NCBI RefSeq assembly: GCF_002105155.1
Contig: NW_019028980.1
Location: 1,240,001 to 1,304,000 of the forward strand
Source: Lobosporangium transversale
Taxonomy: Eukaryota
Direction: 5' to 3'
Length of the DNA: 64,000 nt
The position numbers were made by a program, and so were the translations under genes. Positions 1-11,825 of the stretch are shown in pieces. Below the pieces are notes generated by a model. It ran no database searches. It had not been told where the DNA came from and worked only from the letters and a program-made list of their open reading frames with translations. The stretch's first letter is position 1, and each line of letters starts with the position of its first letter.

Positions 1-358
1 AAGGGAGACCTGCCCATTTTTTTTTTTTTTTTACTCATCTCCCTCCCATTTTTTTCGCTGTGTCGATCATGATTGTTTTTTTTTTTTTGTAATATAAAAT
101 TTCCGGTTCTGATTGTCCCGGTTCATAATCGTGCAGGATGCATTTGTTTGTGACTCATTTTAGTTTTTGTGCTCACTCACTTGGATCAACTGTCAAATCT
201 TGTGCATTGTTCCCAATGGAGCAACATTCTTCAAACAGCACTTGTTACACGACTTTTTAATCAGACAAGGCACCAAAATACAGTATATTTTATGTATATA
301 TACAATGAAATAGTTGTGTACATATTGATGTTGTCCATAAATATATATAATATATATT

Positions 359-921
359 TTATTTCTTTTTGTTAGCCAACCTTGCAAGTTGTTCTTTCAA
401 GATTGCCTGTGCCTCTTCTTCAATCACATACCGAGTGATTGTCTTCACATCCTCTTCTTCCGATGCTCTAAAGAGTTTCAAGAAATCCAATCGAATCACC
501 CTCATGGTTTCAGCCTGAGCCCTTGGAGGGGCCTTGGATCGTCCTACCAAATACCGAACTACGAAATCATCCATCTCTTCCTGACTTTTGAAATCAATCT
601 TGTCTAGCAATCCAATGGAATGAGCCTCTTGAACAGAGAGGATCCGACCTAATGGTAACAATCGTTCTGCATGACGACGACTTGTGATGGCACCGAAGAG
701 CTCGACTAACCAATAGGGTACTGGAACACCGACAGAGACCTCATTCAAACCGATGGTGCCTGGTTTAGGGACCGAACCCATCATGAACCGATCTTGACAG
801 GCCATCGCCAAGACACAACCGAGCCCTAAACTGTGACCATGCATCGAGGCTGCAGTATTGAGTCTGGAGCTGTAGATCACCTCAAACACTTTCCGGACTG
901 TACGCCAGTAGTTACTGAAAC

Positions 922-954
<33 letters not shown>

Positions 955-1251
955 CCATTATAGAATATGTAACAAATCAAGAGATTTGATATTAGAATCT
1001 CTTTCACATCGTCGTCAAAAGGCATATATGAATGAGTTAATGTACTGCATACCTCTCAGGCCCTTTCAAGAACTCTTTGAAGTCAATACCAGCACAGAAA
1101 ATTGATTTGAGATCGCTCTTAAGCATCGCTGCACGAATTGATGGATCTTGCTCCATAGTTTCCCATTCCTAAATTGTAATCGTAAAAAAAAGATAAAGGA
1201 CATTCAGTATTTTTGCTCCGCAGAGAGACGGGAAATAAATAAAATATACAC

Positions 1252-1283
<32 letters not shown>

Positions 1284-1599
1284 GATACAATGTGTGTTTT
1301 ATGAAGTGGTACGCCTACTATAATCTTACCTTGATCAATTGTCTGGCAGTATCATGATTAAAAGCACTCTGGTGCAAGGTAACAATTGCGACTTCTGGAG
1401 AGGTTTCGTGCTTGGATATGGTGACGGGTGTTGGTGTTACTGCAGCGGTTGAGGAGCTAAATGAACGAGGCCAAATCAAGTCTGGGCGAGTCAAGTTGAT
1501 CCCGGTCCATTGCCAAATCTGTTTCTGTTGTTTTTGTATGACATGACGACGGGCCGAGGCTACAACTGTCCTTGCAAGGAATCCTGTGTGCTGCATCAT
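359..1599 (-). CDS. Mitochondrial enoyl-CoA delta isomerase / crotonase-fold protein, 3 exons (1599-1330, 1168-1053, 920-359)
   Basis: Spliced translation gives an Arg-rich presequence, then crotonase motifs SIFCAGIDF, GHSLGLGCVLAMACQDRFM, IGLNEVSVG and EAHSIGLLD. GT-AG boundaries keep the frame. Most similar in motif pattern to the ECI1 type. Confidence 0.85.
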
Positions 1600-2205
1600 T
1601 TGTAATGAGTGGAATGGAAAGTAATTTGAAAGGAATTGATGCAACAAAAAAGATCTATAAAATTATTGACACGCGTTTTGGATTGGTGAAATATTAAATA
1701 GCGCAGGATAAAATAGGACGCCAGAAATTCAGGAACTGATTAGAAATGCTCTCTGATATAGCCTGGCACGTATATATAAATGTATAGTAGTTATAAAACG
1801 CTGAACCAGAAACTATATCCTTGATTATGCCAGAGGGAACACAGAGCTTATTACTGGATACTTATGATGGTTTTTATTATAAAAAATGAAATGAAATATA
1901 GTACAATGGAAGGATAAGAGGTTCTCTCGCTCTCCGCTGGATCGGATCGACATGTATACTCTTCCCCATTATGGTGCTGCTCAGTTCTATTGATACTATC
2001 GTGCATAAGAATCACTTAGAATAAAGTGCGCGACCTCATAATGAACTCGTTGCATTTACTACATCTGCTACAAGTAAATCAATATCCTTTGATTACTTCA
2101 CTCCCTGAAATCATCCCTCTTCGGTTTCGTATCCAAAGCATCGCTCCTCGCTAATTTGAGCTTGGATAGCGTAGATACCACCGCCTTGGCCTCATGGCTT
2201 GCTCC

Positions 2206-5200
2206 CTAGGGAGTCCGACACTGTTCTGGATCACTGACAGATCCATGTTGATCCAAAAACTTCCTGTTGGCTTCACTCAAGCCGATCACGCCTCGAATTC
2301 TTGCACCAACGGCATTAAGAGGCGAGTGTCTCGTGGTCCACTTCAAGCGGACACGACATTGGCTATTCCCACTCTTGACAATCCTCCACATCCGAATACC
2401 ACCATCAAAATGTCCGGTCACCAAGGAGCAGTGTTCTTCAGAAATAGCCCATGCAAGGGCCCTAGGATCGCTAGCGAATGGGATAACAGCCAAGCACTGA
2501 CCTGAATCTGGATCCCACAGCCGCACAGTCATGTCTTTACTGCTTGAGGCAATGTACTGCCCATCGCATGAATAGGATATGGTGTTTATACCCCCGGTGT
2601 GTTCTTTAAGCGTACGCAATACGGCTCCTGATTCAGTGTCCACTATACTAATTGACCCATTTCCACTTCCAACAACTGTCAGTTCGCTGGATGGTGAAAA
2701 TGTTATGTGCTCTTGAGAACCATCGAAGTTTGTTTCGTGCAGTAGCTCGCCCGTTTCTGCGCTCCGTACTTGCAGCTTATTTTTGTCCTGGATAAATGCT
2801 ATCTTCCGACTGTCAGGTGAATATGCCATAAAGGAGGTGCCCTCAAAGTCATACAGAATCCCCCAGGTGTGCATTTTCCAGACTATGATTCTTCCATCGC
2901 TATAGTAAGAAGCAACCTGGGCACCATCAGGCGAGAATAACACACGTTCGGGGTCTTTATCGTGCCCCGGCAGAGTAGTGGGTTTTTTTGTTATCAAGTC
3001 CCACACACTCACATTGCCATTTTCATGGCCACAGGCAATATGGAGGCCAATTGGTGAAATATCAAAGACCAGGATAGTATCAAAGACCAGGATAGCCGGG
3101 CCTCGATAGATCGGACGCAAAGTGTCAGTAATTTGGCCTGATTCAGTGTTCCATAAGTAAATACAATGGCCAAGGTAAGGGTCAGACGAGGCTAACAATT
3201 GACCACCAGGGTGGTACTTGACATCGTATGTTTGCCTTCGTAGAACATAGATACATTGCCCTGATTGACTATCCCACACACGCGCTTCATCACCAAGGCC
3301 GCATGAGGAGATGCGTTTTCCATCTGGCGACAATCTTAACTCTTTGGTGGGGCCCCTGTGGCCATACGAATCGTGGCTAGTTTGCCTCGCTTGTGTGTCC
3401 CACAGATGTATCATCCCATCATTGCCGAATGACGCAACCTGATGGGAGTTTGGCGAATACGCTACATCAATTATATCGCAAGAGTGACCATGGAATATGT
3501 TGACCAATTGTCCTGACCTAGCATCCCAAAGTCGCAATGTACGGTCGAGAGAACTAGTGACTATCTGTTTTCCTTTTGGTGAATATTGCAGATCTTGGAT
3601 CACGGCGGTATGGCCTGCAAAAGTATGGATGACTTTTCTTGTTTGCATATCCCACTGATATGCTATCGTATTAGAGAACGAAGCGGCATGCTTTCCGTCA
3701 GGGGAATATTGAACACCGTCGGGATCGAAAATATGGCTCCCATCTTTCAAGCTCCCCTTTCGCTGACCAGACCCAGCATCCCATACATTCAAGGGGCCGA
3801 TGCTAAAACAAGTTATGATCTCCTGACTGTTAGGTGAATATACGATCTGGTTGATTTTGTAACCATCGCCCTGGGCCGTCGACACCAGCCCCCCTGATGC
3901 CGCATCCCACAGCCGCATCGTCCATTTTTCATCAATTGAGTTTCCAGCAGCAGCAAGCTGCTTCCCATCAGGTGAATAGGCCATGCTTGCCACTTTGCCA
4001 ACGTAATCCTTTAATGAATGCTGGAGTGCGCCAGAGTCGGTGCTCCATATATGCACTGACCCATCCTTGCTACCTGAGGCGAGATAGTTGCCATTTGGCG
4101 AGTATACCACATGATAAACATCAACTGCAGGACCATTCAATGTACGGACCACTGCCCCTGATGTTGCATCAAATACAGAAACTGTATTGTTATCCCCAAT
4201 GGCAATATGGCGACTGTCTGGAGAGTAGGTGAAGTTGTATGTGTGCACGTCCCTCAAAGTCATACGCTTCGCCCACGTGAACGTATCATAGATGCTGACA
4301 TGCATCTTTTTGGAATCACGATTGTACGTAGCTGCAGCAAAAGCCTTGCCATTAGGCGAATATATTCCCTTATATATTTCTCCCTCTTCTTTAAGGGATG
4401 GCCATCCTCCAAATTGTACACCTGCCATCTTTGCTCCCTCCAAGCCTGCTCCTCGAAGATAACAGCCGCGAAGATTGACATTCCTCAAATCTGCCCCTTG
4501 TAGTTGAGCACTATCGAATATACCATGACTAATGTCAGCTCCGGGGATCTGGATGCCTTGCAAGTCTGCTTCGCTGAATGACTCTCTTGCTCGTACCAGT
4601 ATCGTCATTGCATTCGCTGCTGCTATCCGCCATCTCTTGTCGCTCTTCGATAGCTCAACATACTCATACAGCTGCTGCTTGAACTTTGGTTCAATCTCAA
4701 CACGCTCTTTCAGGAACTCAAGGATCGATGGCTCATCCACAAAGCTCCTCCACACTAAAGGTGAGGTCTCATCTGCCTTGGCTGGATCTAGCTCACCTCC
4801 ATCCGCTTTACTCCCTTCCACTTCAAAGCTGAATACAGAGCTGACACTTTGTCGGCGACATTTCAGTGCTGTTGCTGCTACTGTATCACTTGCAACTGCA
4901 TTTGCCTTTTTCTGTGGCTCGAACATCGCTCGTACCACACAGTACTCCAGAATAGACCGATGCACAAACCGATACTGATTGCCTGTACGGCTCAGAGGTG
5001 ATGCTTCTCGAAGGAGGTGTTTCTTGCTTCCTCGGCTAAAGTACTCTCTCTTCCATGCTTCTTTGCGCTTACATGGATACTCTACCACTGGGTTGCCATT
5101 TTGATGCTTGTAGATTGCCACGGCCAGTTCTGTCAAGTACTTAATCCCATTTCGTGAAAACCCCTCATCGCACAGTATTTGGAACATCTCCTTATCTGAG

Positions 5201-8200
5201 CTATCGCTTGGCGGTGCCTCGATTAGTCGTTTCTCTCCTCGTTTGAGCCACGACTCAATGAACTGGTCATACAGTGTGATGCGCTTGAACTTTGTTGCAG
5301 AGATGTCTTGATGTGGGTTTATCATTTGAGGCAGCACTTCTAGTGCCATCGATAGTATGAATGGATTCTTCACAAGCTCTTGTAGACTAGGGACCATCTT
5401 GAGTGCAAACTGATAGTCCTCTACACTCCACAATATGCCTTCGCTTGGGACATTCTGTTTGATGTACTCATCAATCTGATCCTCAGAGAATGGTATAATC
5501 ACAGCCTCTTGGAACAAACCAGTATCTGCTTGGTGGTTGCAGCCCATAGGCTGGAACCGATCTCGATAGTCTATCCCAAGGTACTCGCTGCGACAACTAA
5601 TCACCATCTGACACTTCCATTCGCCAGACTGGTTGAGGCGGTTGGTGAAATAAAGGTTGCCGGGCAGCGTAATCTCATCATATCCATCACAGATCAAGAT
5701 GAATGCCCGATTCTTCTTCAACTCTTTGATCTGTTTCTTGGTGAAACCATGTATTTGCAGCTGTTTTGTGACCATATCTTTGGATGGGTCATTGATAGCT
5801 GGCAGGTAGATAAATAATGGAATCCGATGGTCCTTTGAATACTCTTTCCACAGCTTGTGCTCCAAAGTGAGGTTGAATGTCGATTTGCCTGCTCCTGAAT
5901 CACCTTGGACGAGTAGCACTTTCTGGTCACTGTTTAGGAACTCCCTCACCTTGTCCATTATCAAGAACGAATCGTCGTCACTTGCTTGGGGACTTGCCTT
6001 GGCATACTGCTGAATGTAGAAGGGTCTAACTTCCCTGTCCTCCATCCGCTGTTGCTTGAGCATACGTAAACTCTTCTCGACATCAGGCTTTTTCTGCGCA
6101 CGATCGAGTAATGACGGGGATGCAGGTGGAGGCGGGTTGACAATGAAGTGGTACTGTGGCTCTGGCTCCTGGATACAATCCTTGAAGAGTTGCTGTTTTT
6201 TGACATCTCCATCCTTAGCAAGGCTATCCAGGAGTAGCTTTGCAGCTATAAAGAGACAAATGCAGAGTATTATATACTATCGATATCAGTATCCCTACTT
6301 CCCGTAACTGAGTCAATGATGACGAATTAAAGATGAGATACCATGCCCACCTTGTAGGCCATCACTTGGCAAAGAGTCCAGTCTCCTCAGTATACCAATA
6401 ATACATCGCTTGATCTCCACATGATCACCCCAATCCTTGTCATTCCTGTATATCACTTCAAGAAAAGTGATCGCGTCTTGACGAGTTTCCATGTCCCACT
6501 GTGTATTGGCTGCAATCTGTCCTAACCGCTGACATAGCCCCCATTGGAATGCTGGCTCTCGTCGACAGGGCACCTCACGCACAAAAGCCTTGAACTTGGT
6601 GAGCTCGCCCAACTGAAGGAATGTATCAACTCCACGGAGCGCTGGATACCATGCACTCCTATGATTATATTTAAATCCTGCTTCCAAGCACTGTTTGAAG
6701 GCCTCTCCACTCTTAGCTAATGAGGCTACACCGTTGTACACACGCAAGCTCATGCCGGCAATTTCCGCCACAGTTGGAAGCCCTTCCTGAATATTGATCA
6801 GCTCATCCATGAAGGCATTTATATTTAGGTCTTTGACTGCACTCACTATTCCAAACACTCCTCGAGCCACTACTGATGTGCGTCGAAGCGTGGCTTGCAT
6901 TAGTGTTTCATCATTTGGAATATATAACAGTGCTTGGAAAGCATAGGCTGCATGGAATGCTAGATGTGGCTCTGACCTCCTTCGTAGTTCCCCCAAGTAG
7001 ACTGATAATGGCTCGTGAAGTTGCTCTCGCTTCAGGCCCTTGACTTGATTGTTAAGCATGGCATCCAGTACATGTGAGACTGACACACATAGCCGATATA
7101 TGTGGTTGCTAGACTGATCATGTGTGCTCTGCAAGCGGGAACCGAGGATATTGAGGATATTGACTAGGTCATCAGAGTCAAGGTATCCGGAAGAGGCATG
7201 CTGGATCAGCTGAGCTAATCCTCCCAGCAAATTAGTCTCTAGCATGGTGCTCCCATTGATTCTAGAGACTAAGAACTCAAGTACTGCCTTATACTGATCT
7301 TCGTTGAGGACTGGAGCCAGCATCACCACTTCAGCGACAGTAGCCTTGGTCCTGATATCGTCATGAATGAATATTGTAATAACGGCTGAGGCCAGGCTGT
7401 GAAGTCGATCTTGCTCATCTTGATTCTTCGCTGTGATCAAAGACCACTCTTGCTCCTGAACTGTAATTTCATTTTGCGGTTGGTTTGCAGTACCAAGCAG
7501 GCTGAGGCAGTAGACGAGATGGTGGATATCGACCAGAGAAGCATCTGGAGGGGGCAAACTGTACTTGGGCACTCGAGCTACATCACAAGCAAATATGTCT
7601 ACAGGGATAACTGAATTACTGTGCGGTGTTTTGGCTGTTACTGCTCTATTCACCCTCAGCTGGCTGATGCTGGTACTACTGGATCCTTGGCTGACGCTAT
7701 TATTGCTGCCTCTACCGTTGCTAACACTGCTAATGCTACTGGTGATACTATTGCTGTTGCTAATGCTGTTGCTAATACTGCTGTTGTTACTTGTGCTACC
7801 GCTAATAATGCTTTTATTGCTGCTGTTGCCGTTGCTGTTGTTGTTGCTGTTGCTGTTGCTGTTGCTGCCGCTGTTGCTGTTGTTGTTGCCGTTGCCGTTG
7901 CTGTTGCCGTTGCTGTTGCTACTTCTATTGCTGTTGTTGTTGTTGTTGCTAGCAGAGCTATCTGGCTGTAATGACTCTTGGCGGGTTGGAATATATCCCC
8001 ACTTCTCTGCTTTTTTGTCGTTCTTCTTAGCTTTGCATGTGTGGCCCAGACTTTGGAATAAGCAAGCGACTTTGTAGTGGGCTAAACCAATGCTTTGGCA
8101 GAGCTTCTGGTCTTCAGCGGAGCTTGAGGAGACAAGCCTCTTTCTCTCCGACCGCTGGATTCGAGACAGTGCAGCATGTGCATTAAGACACAACTTCTTG

Positions 8201-8310
8201 AGGGCGGCACTGCCATTACTTTCTATTCCAGAGTCTTCCATACTACTATTGAATTCCCTTAGAGCCTCAGATGGTGAGAGAACGCCTCGTGACGAAAAGC
8301 AGCTGAACAT
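2206..8310 (-). CDS. NLR-A: N-terminal helical domain + Asn/Ser linker + ARM-like domain + NACHT + pentapeptide repeats + WD40 array, 1999 aa; exons 8310-6351 and 6245-2206
   Basis: A phase-1 GT-AG intron at 6350-6246 joins the 665-aa and 1285-aa ORFs in frame (1960+4040=6000 nt). Walker A GDSGAGKS, Walker B LICDGYDE, NPF and YRFVHRSILEY motifs, ADL/AQL pentapeptides, many YSPDG...LWD repeats. Confidence 0.9.
7690..7950 (-). repeat. Coding low-complexity repeat (AGCAAC/AACAGC/GGCAAC units) encoding the Asn/Ser/Gly-rich linker of NLR-A
   Basis: Runs of gttgct/gttgcc on the + strand; translates to SNNNNNSNRSSNSNGNSNGNGNNNSNSGSNSNS... Confidence 0.9.
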
Positions 8311-9619
8311 CGAATATTGTCCTCTTTTTTTCTTTTTCTATTGATTGTGATCTACTGATTTACATTATGAGAAAGCAACTCCTATTTAGATAAAAATGCC
8401 TTTGCAAAAATGATAAGCTTTTTTTTTTTTTTTTTTTTTACTTACAGCAATGTCTAGGGTAAATGGATTGTTCAGTAAGCGCTCTCTGAGGGGATACAAT
8501 CTTAATGCGATGCAAGAGAGGAAAGGGAAGAAATGAAAAAAAAACAAGAGTAAAAGTAGATGTGAAAAAGCAAATGTGGCTCTCAACGTGGGTATTTCAA
8601 ATGATCTTTTCCAGGGAAACTTCCCGTTCAACGTTCCGCGGCAAAGCGCAAAGAGAGATGTAAATAGTACAACTAATATAACGAATATCACCCAAGGGGT
8701 GTAGGCGTTGCGATCCTGAATCTAGTTTCCACTTTTTCGGTGCCTTGTTCTCTTAACTAAGGGGGTTTGACCACAAAAAAAAGCATCTGTTCCTGGTCCT
8801 TCTTTATCCCTTCTTCTCCTCACGTCATTTATAGTATAGACATGTACAGGAGCTTTAAAGGTGCAACACTTTGTCTGGCAAGAGGCCGATTGCTGCAAGG
8901 AGAGCCGGCTCACTTGGGGAAATGTTTTTCAGGTAAAAGGGGATTTTTCTTATTACCAAAGCATTGTGCATCATCTCTTTTTCTCACCGTCGCGCTTTGT
9001 CCGTCATCTTTGAACCTAATTTATTTATTTATTTATTTTTTACCATCCTTTCTTTGTATTCCACTGTTTAAGGCCGTTAAATATATAAGGGAAACGCCTT
9101 TATTCCATATATCCCCTTACCACCGCTACATGACATACCTATCTACTCTGTTAACCAAAATGATACTTAAGAGATGAACAGTGTTATGGATCTCAATAAT
9201 CTGTTGCGGGTTATCATCACATTAACTCGCTTGCTAATAATATAAAAGGCCTCCATCCGCAATAGACTCGTAACAAGCAATGACAGGCTTCTGTATAGAA
9301 TAATAACATAAATGCGTCATTTCACCTTTACACTCTACGCTGGTTATATGTGAGTGGGGCAGGTTCTCTTCTTTTATATTTATTTTAGATACTGTCGCCT
9401 CAATTTTATTACTTGGACTCTCCAATACCGCCTTACTGCATCCTGGGTGGGGAGGTGGTTTGTAAAGTAGGAAAAAAAAAAAAAAAAAAAAAATTCAGTC
9501 TTTTTTTGCCGCTCAAGACAACGTGAAAAATATTTTGGAGATAGATCATGAGCAGTAGAAAAAGTGAGAATCAGATGTGGGCCCACATATTACAACTACG
9601 AGGTATTTATTCATTTTCT

Positions 9620-10790
9620 GGTGGAGGAGCTTGTACCAGGTAACTACGTATCCATCTATAAGGTGACATGAGTTCATTCTAAAACCCCATATCAAAGATT
9701 TATCGCGTCAATGTGTATGGCGCGTTATCCCTTCGTCCGTCACAAAATCTAGAACGAATTTGTTCTAGATTTTTATGGGCACTAAATGCATGTCACACCA
9801 TATGATAAGTGTCAGTAAAGGAGGTTGGAATCGAGCTGGCCCCAGGAAGCCGGTGCTGGCCCTGGAGACTTGGGATTCGAGATATTTATTCTTCATTTAT
9901 TACTTTATCTTGTTTTTTTTTTGTGGGGGGGGGGTGAGCTAGGCGGCTGGTGTGATATGGAGGGATAAAGTTCTTTGATTTCATGAGCATTTATGAATAG
10001 TAGGGTCCAGTGAGTGAAGTGCGTGAAATGGAGGAGTATGGAATGAAGGAATTAAAGAAACCGATGAATCATGTAATGCGTAATGCTCAACGTGAACCTC
10101 ATGAACTCCCATTCAGTGTGAAATTGGAACGCGAATCGAGATCCCTTAGAGAATGGGGGGAGGGTCTCCTAAGCTAGTTTTTGAGGAAAACCTCTTTATT
10201 TGCAAATCGAGGAAAATCTGGAACAAATTTGTTCTGGAAACAGACGAAGGGATACAACGCAGGGCTCGGAAGCCGGAGTCAAGGTAAATAGGGACTGCCG
10301 TGCTCCATCCTGTTTTGTATCAACGCTTCGGGCGCATCGCTCCTCAAGGCAGAACCTATGTGTGCATTGAAGCCACTAGACATTGGTAAGGAGAAGCAAC
10401 TACTGGAAACCCTGGTAAATATTAAACATTAGGTTGGCATGTTATATATTATATACTAGGCAAAACCATCGCCCAGGGCATTGGCGAGGAGCCGGCAAGT
10501 AAGATCGCTGTAAAGAAGCCCGAGTCGAGTGGATGACGAATCATATCTTTGTGAAATGGTTGAATGAACTCGATGGCCAGCTCACGGAGCCAAGCCTACT
10601 TCTCCTAGGTTCAGCTCCACAACACAACAACATCGATATGCGTGACCCTTCCACCAATCAATCTTGGAAGCACCGCCGCATCCAACGACTCCCGGTGAAT
10701 TCAACACCTGTTACGCAGCCTCTTGGCGCAGGTATTATTAGTGTGTTCAAGCAAGCATTCTTGAGATGCTTACCCATGAGTCGCATCTCA
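9620..10790 (+). mobile_element. Degenerate pogo/Tigger-type (DDE_1, Tc1-mariner superfamily) transposase remnant, interrupted by a MITE
   Basis: Fragments SILFCINASG, LKPLDIG, WMTNHIFVKWLNELD, LLLLGSAPQH and LPVNSTPVTQPLGAGIISVFK match the pogo DDE core. The two expected Asp residues (LLLLD, QPLD) read as Gly. Frameshifts present; boundaries approximate. Confidence 0.75.
9728..10252. mobile_element. 525-bp MITE with ~40-45-bp imperfect terminal inverted repeats and TA target-site duplication (Stowaway/mariner-like)
   Basis: Left end TA|TCCCTTCGTCCGTCACAAAATCTAGAACGAATTTGTTCTAGATTTT; right end AAAATCTGGAACAAATTTGTTCTGGAAACAGACGAAGGGA|TA. No ORF inside. Confidence 0.8.
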
Positions 10791-11425
10791 TCCAAACGTT
10801 TGATATTGTTGGTTTTAGTTTTAGTCACGTGTAGAGGGTTCGCCACCAACTATTTAACGAGCAACAGCTCAGGAAAATCTGGCTCCTTGTTCCTTATTTT
10901 TACACAAGAGCCATTTGAGTACTGACTGTTCTCGTCCAGTCTTTGAGTAGTGTGTGTGTTCTTTTATTGTGTTAGAATTATTTATCTATCTGCAGCTGGA
11001 AGTGACCGGCTTCATAATCCACCAAAACGACCTAAATCTCCTACCACATCTGCCCCTAAATTTTGCAACAATATGGCGAAGCTTATTTTTAGTGAATGCG
11101 CGTAGCCGATAATCCCATATACATCCATATACATGGAATTCCGTTAAAGCGACAACACTAAGGAATTGCTTGCTAAACGCCGGCCCTTCCTGAAGAGATG
11201 CGGCAGCGTCTCGAAGCCGTGTCGACTACCAATGTAGAGCGGGACCATGAGCTCCGGTACAACACCGAACAATAGTCATGTTCCAACATCAGATGATGCC
11301 ATGGGACCCCCTAACAGATGGGCTGGGATTATGTGTAAGTCTTTTTTTTTTTTTTTTTTGCTCTGACAGCCACAAGATTTCATGACTTCTGTAGCGTTAA
11401 TGATACCAAAAATTTGTGCAACATG

Positions 11426-11458
<33 letters not shown>

Positions 11459-11825
11459 GAGATTGGCCCTGTGAAATTTTGTCTTCGCCACTTCGTCCTC
11501 GCCCACTTCGTCTTCGCCACCTTTGTTCTCCATCTTTGAAGTGTCTTTTTTTCTTCTCCTTCCACTCTCCTTTTCACACACCACCCATTTTCAACATCCT
11601 CCTCCTCTTTTCTTTCCTTCTATATCCTTCAACTTTTCTGTCGTATCTTTTAGACCATCTATACCCTATAATCTCTATAATCGTATCCGACTGCTCCACT
11701 GTAAGGTTTCCTTCACCAATATTTCTAACTGATTATCTTGCTAACGGAACATTCATCATTTAACAGCAACCATTGTTTTATCAGTTACAGTAAAAGGCTA
11801 TAGACTGTCAAAAAAAAAAAAAAAA

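Noticed and set aside
2300..4400. High-identity internal WD40 tandem repeats of the HET-E type
   Set aside because: Repeats within each gene are strongly diverged from each other. Variation here comes from inter-paralog exchange and point changes, not from homogenised internal repeats.
4532..5817. Antisense ORFs recurring in several paralogs (e.g. MEQTSICLVV..., ...FAAAIRHLLSLFDSS...)
   Set aside because: Their recurrence follows from DNA identity of the sense genes; no independent coding signal.
7565..8077. Poly-Leu and poly-Val/Ala ORFs resembling membrane proteins
   Set aside because: Antisense readings of the Asn/Ser linker repeat of NLR-A.
6313..8310. Treating the 665/419/350/586/647-aa ORFs as separate genes upstream of NACHT genes (two-gene operon-like system)
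   Set aside because: In all five loci a canonical GT-AG intron at the same position joins them in frame to the NACHT exon.
11129..11160. TACATGGAATTCCGTTAAAGCGAC as a possible pogo terminal repeat
   Set aside because: I could not find a matching inverted partner, so the ends of the transposase remnant remain undefined.
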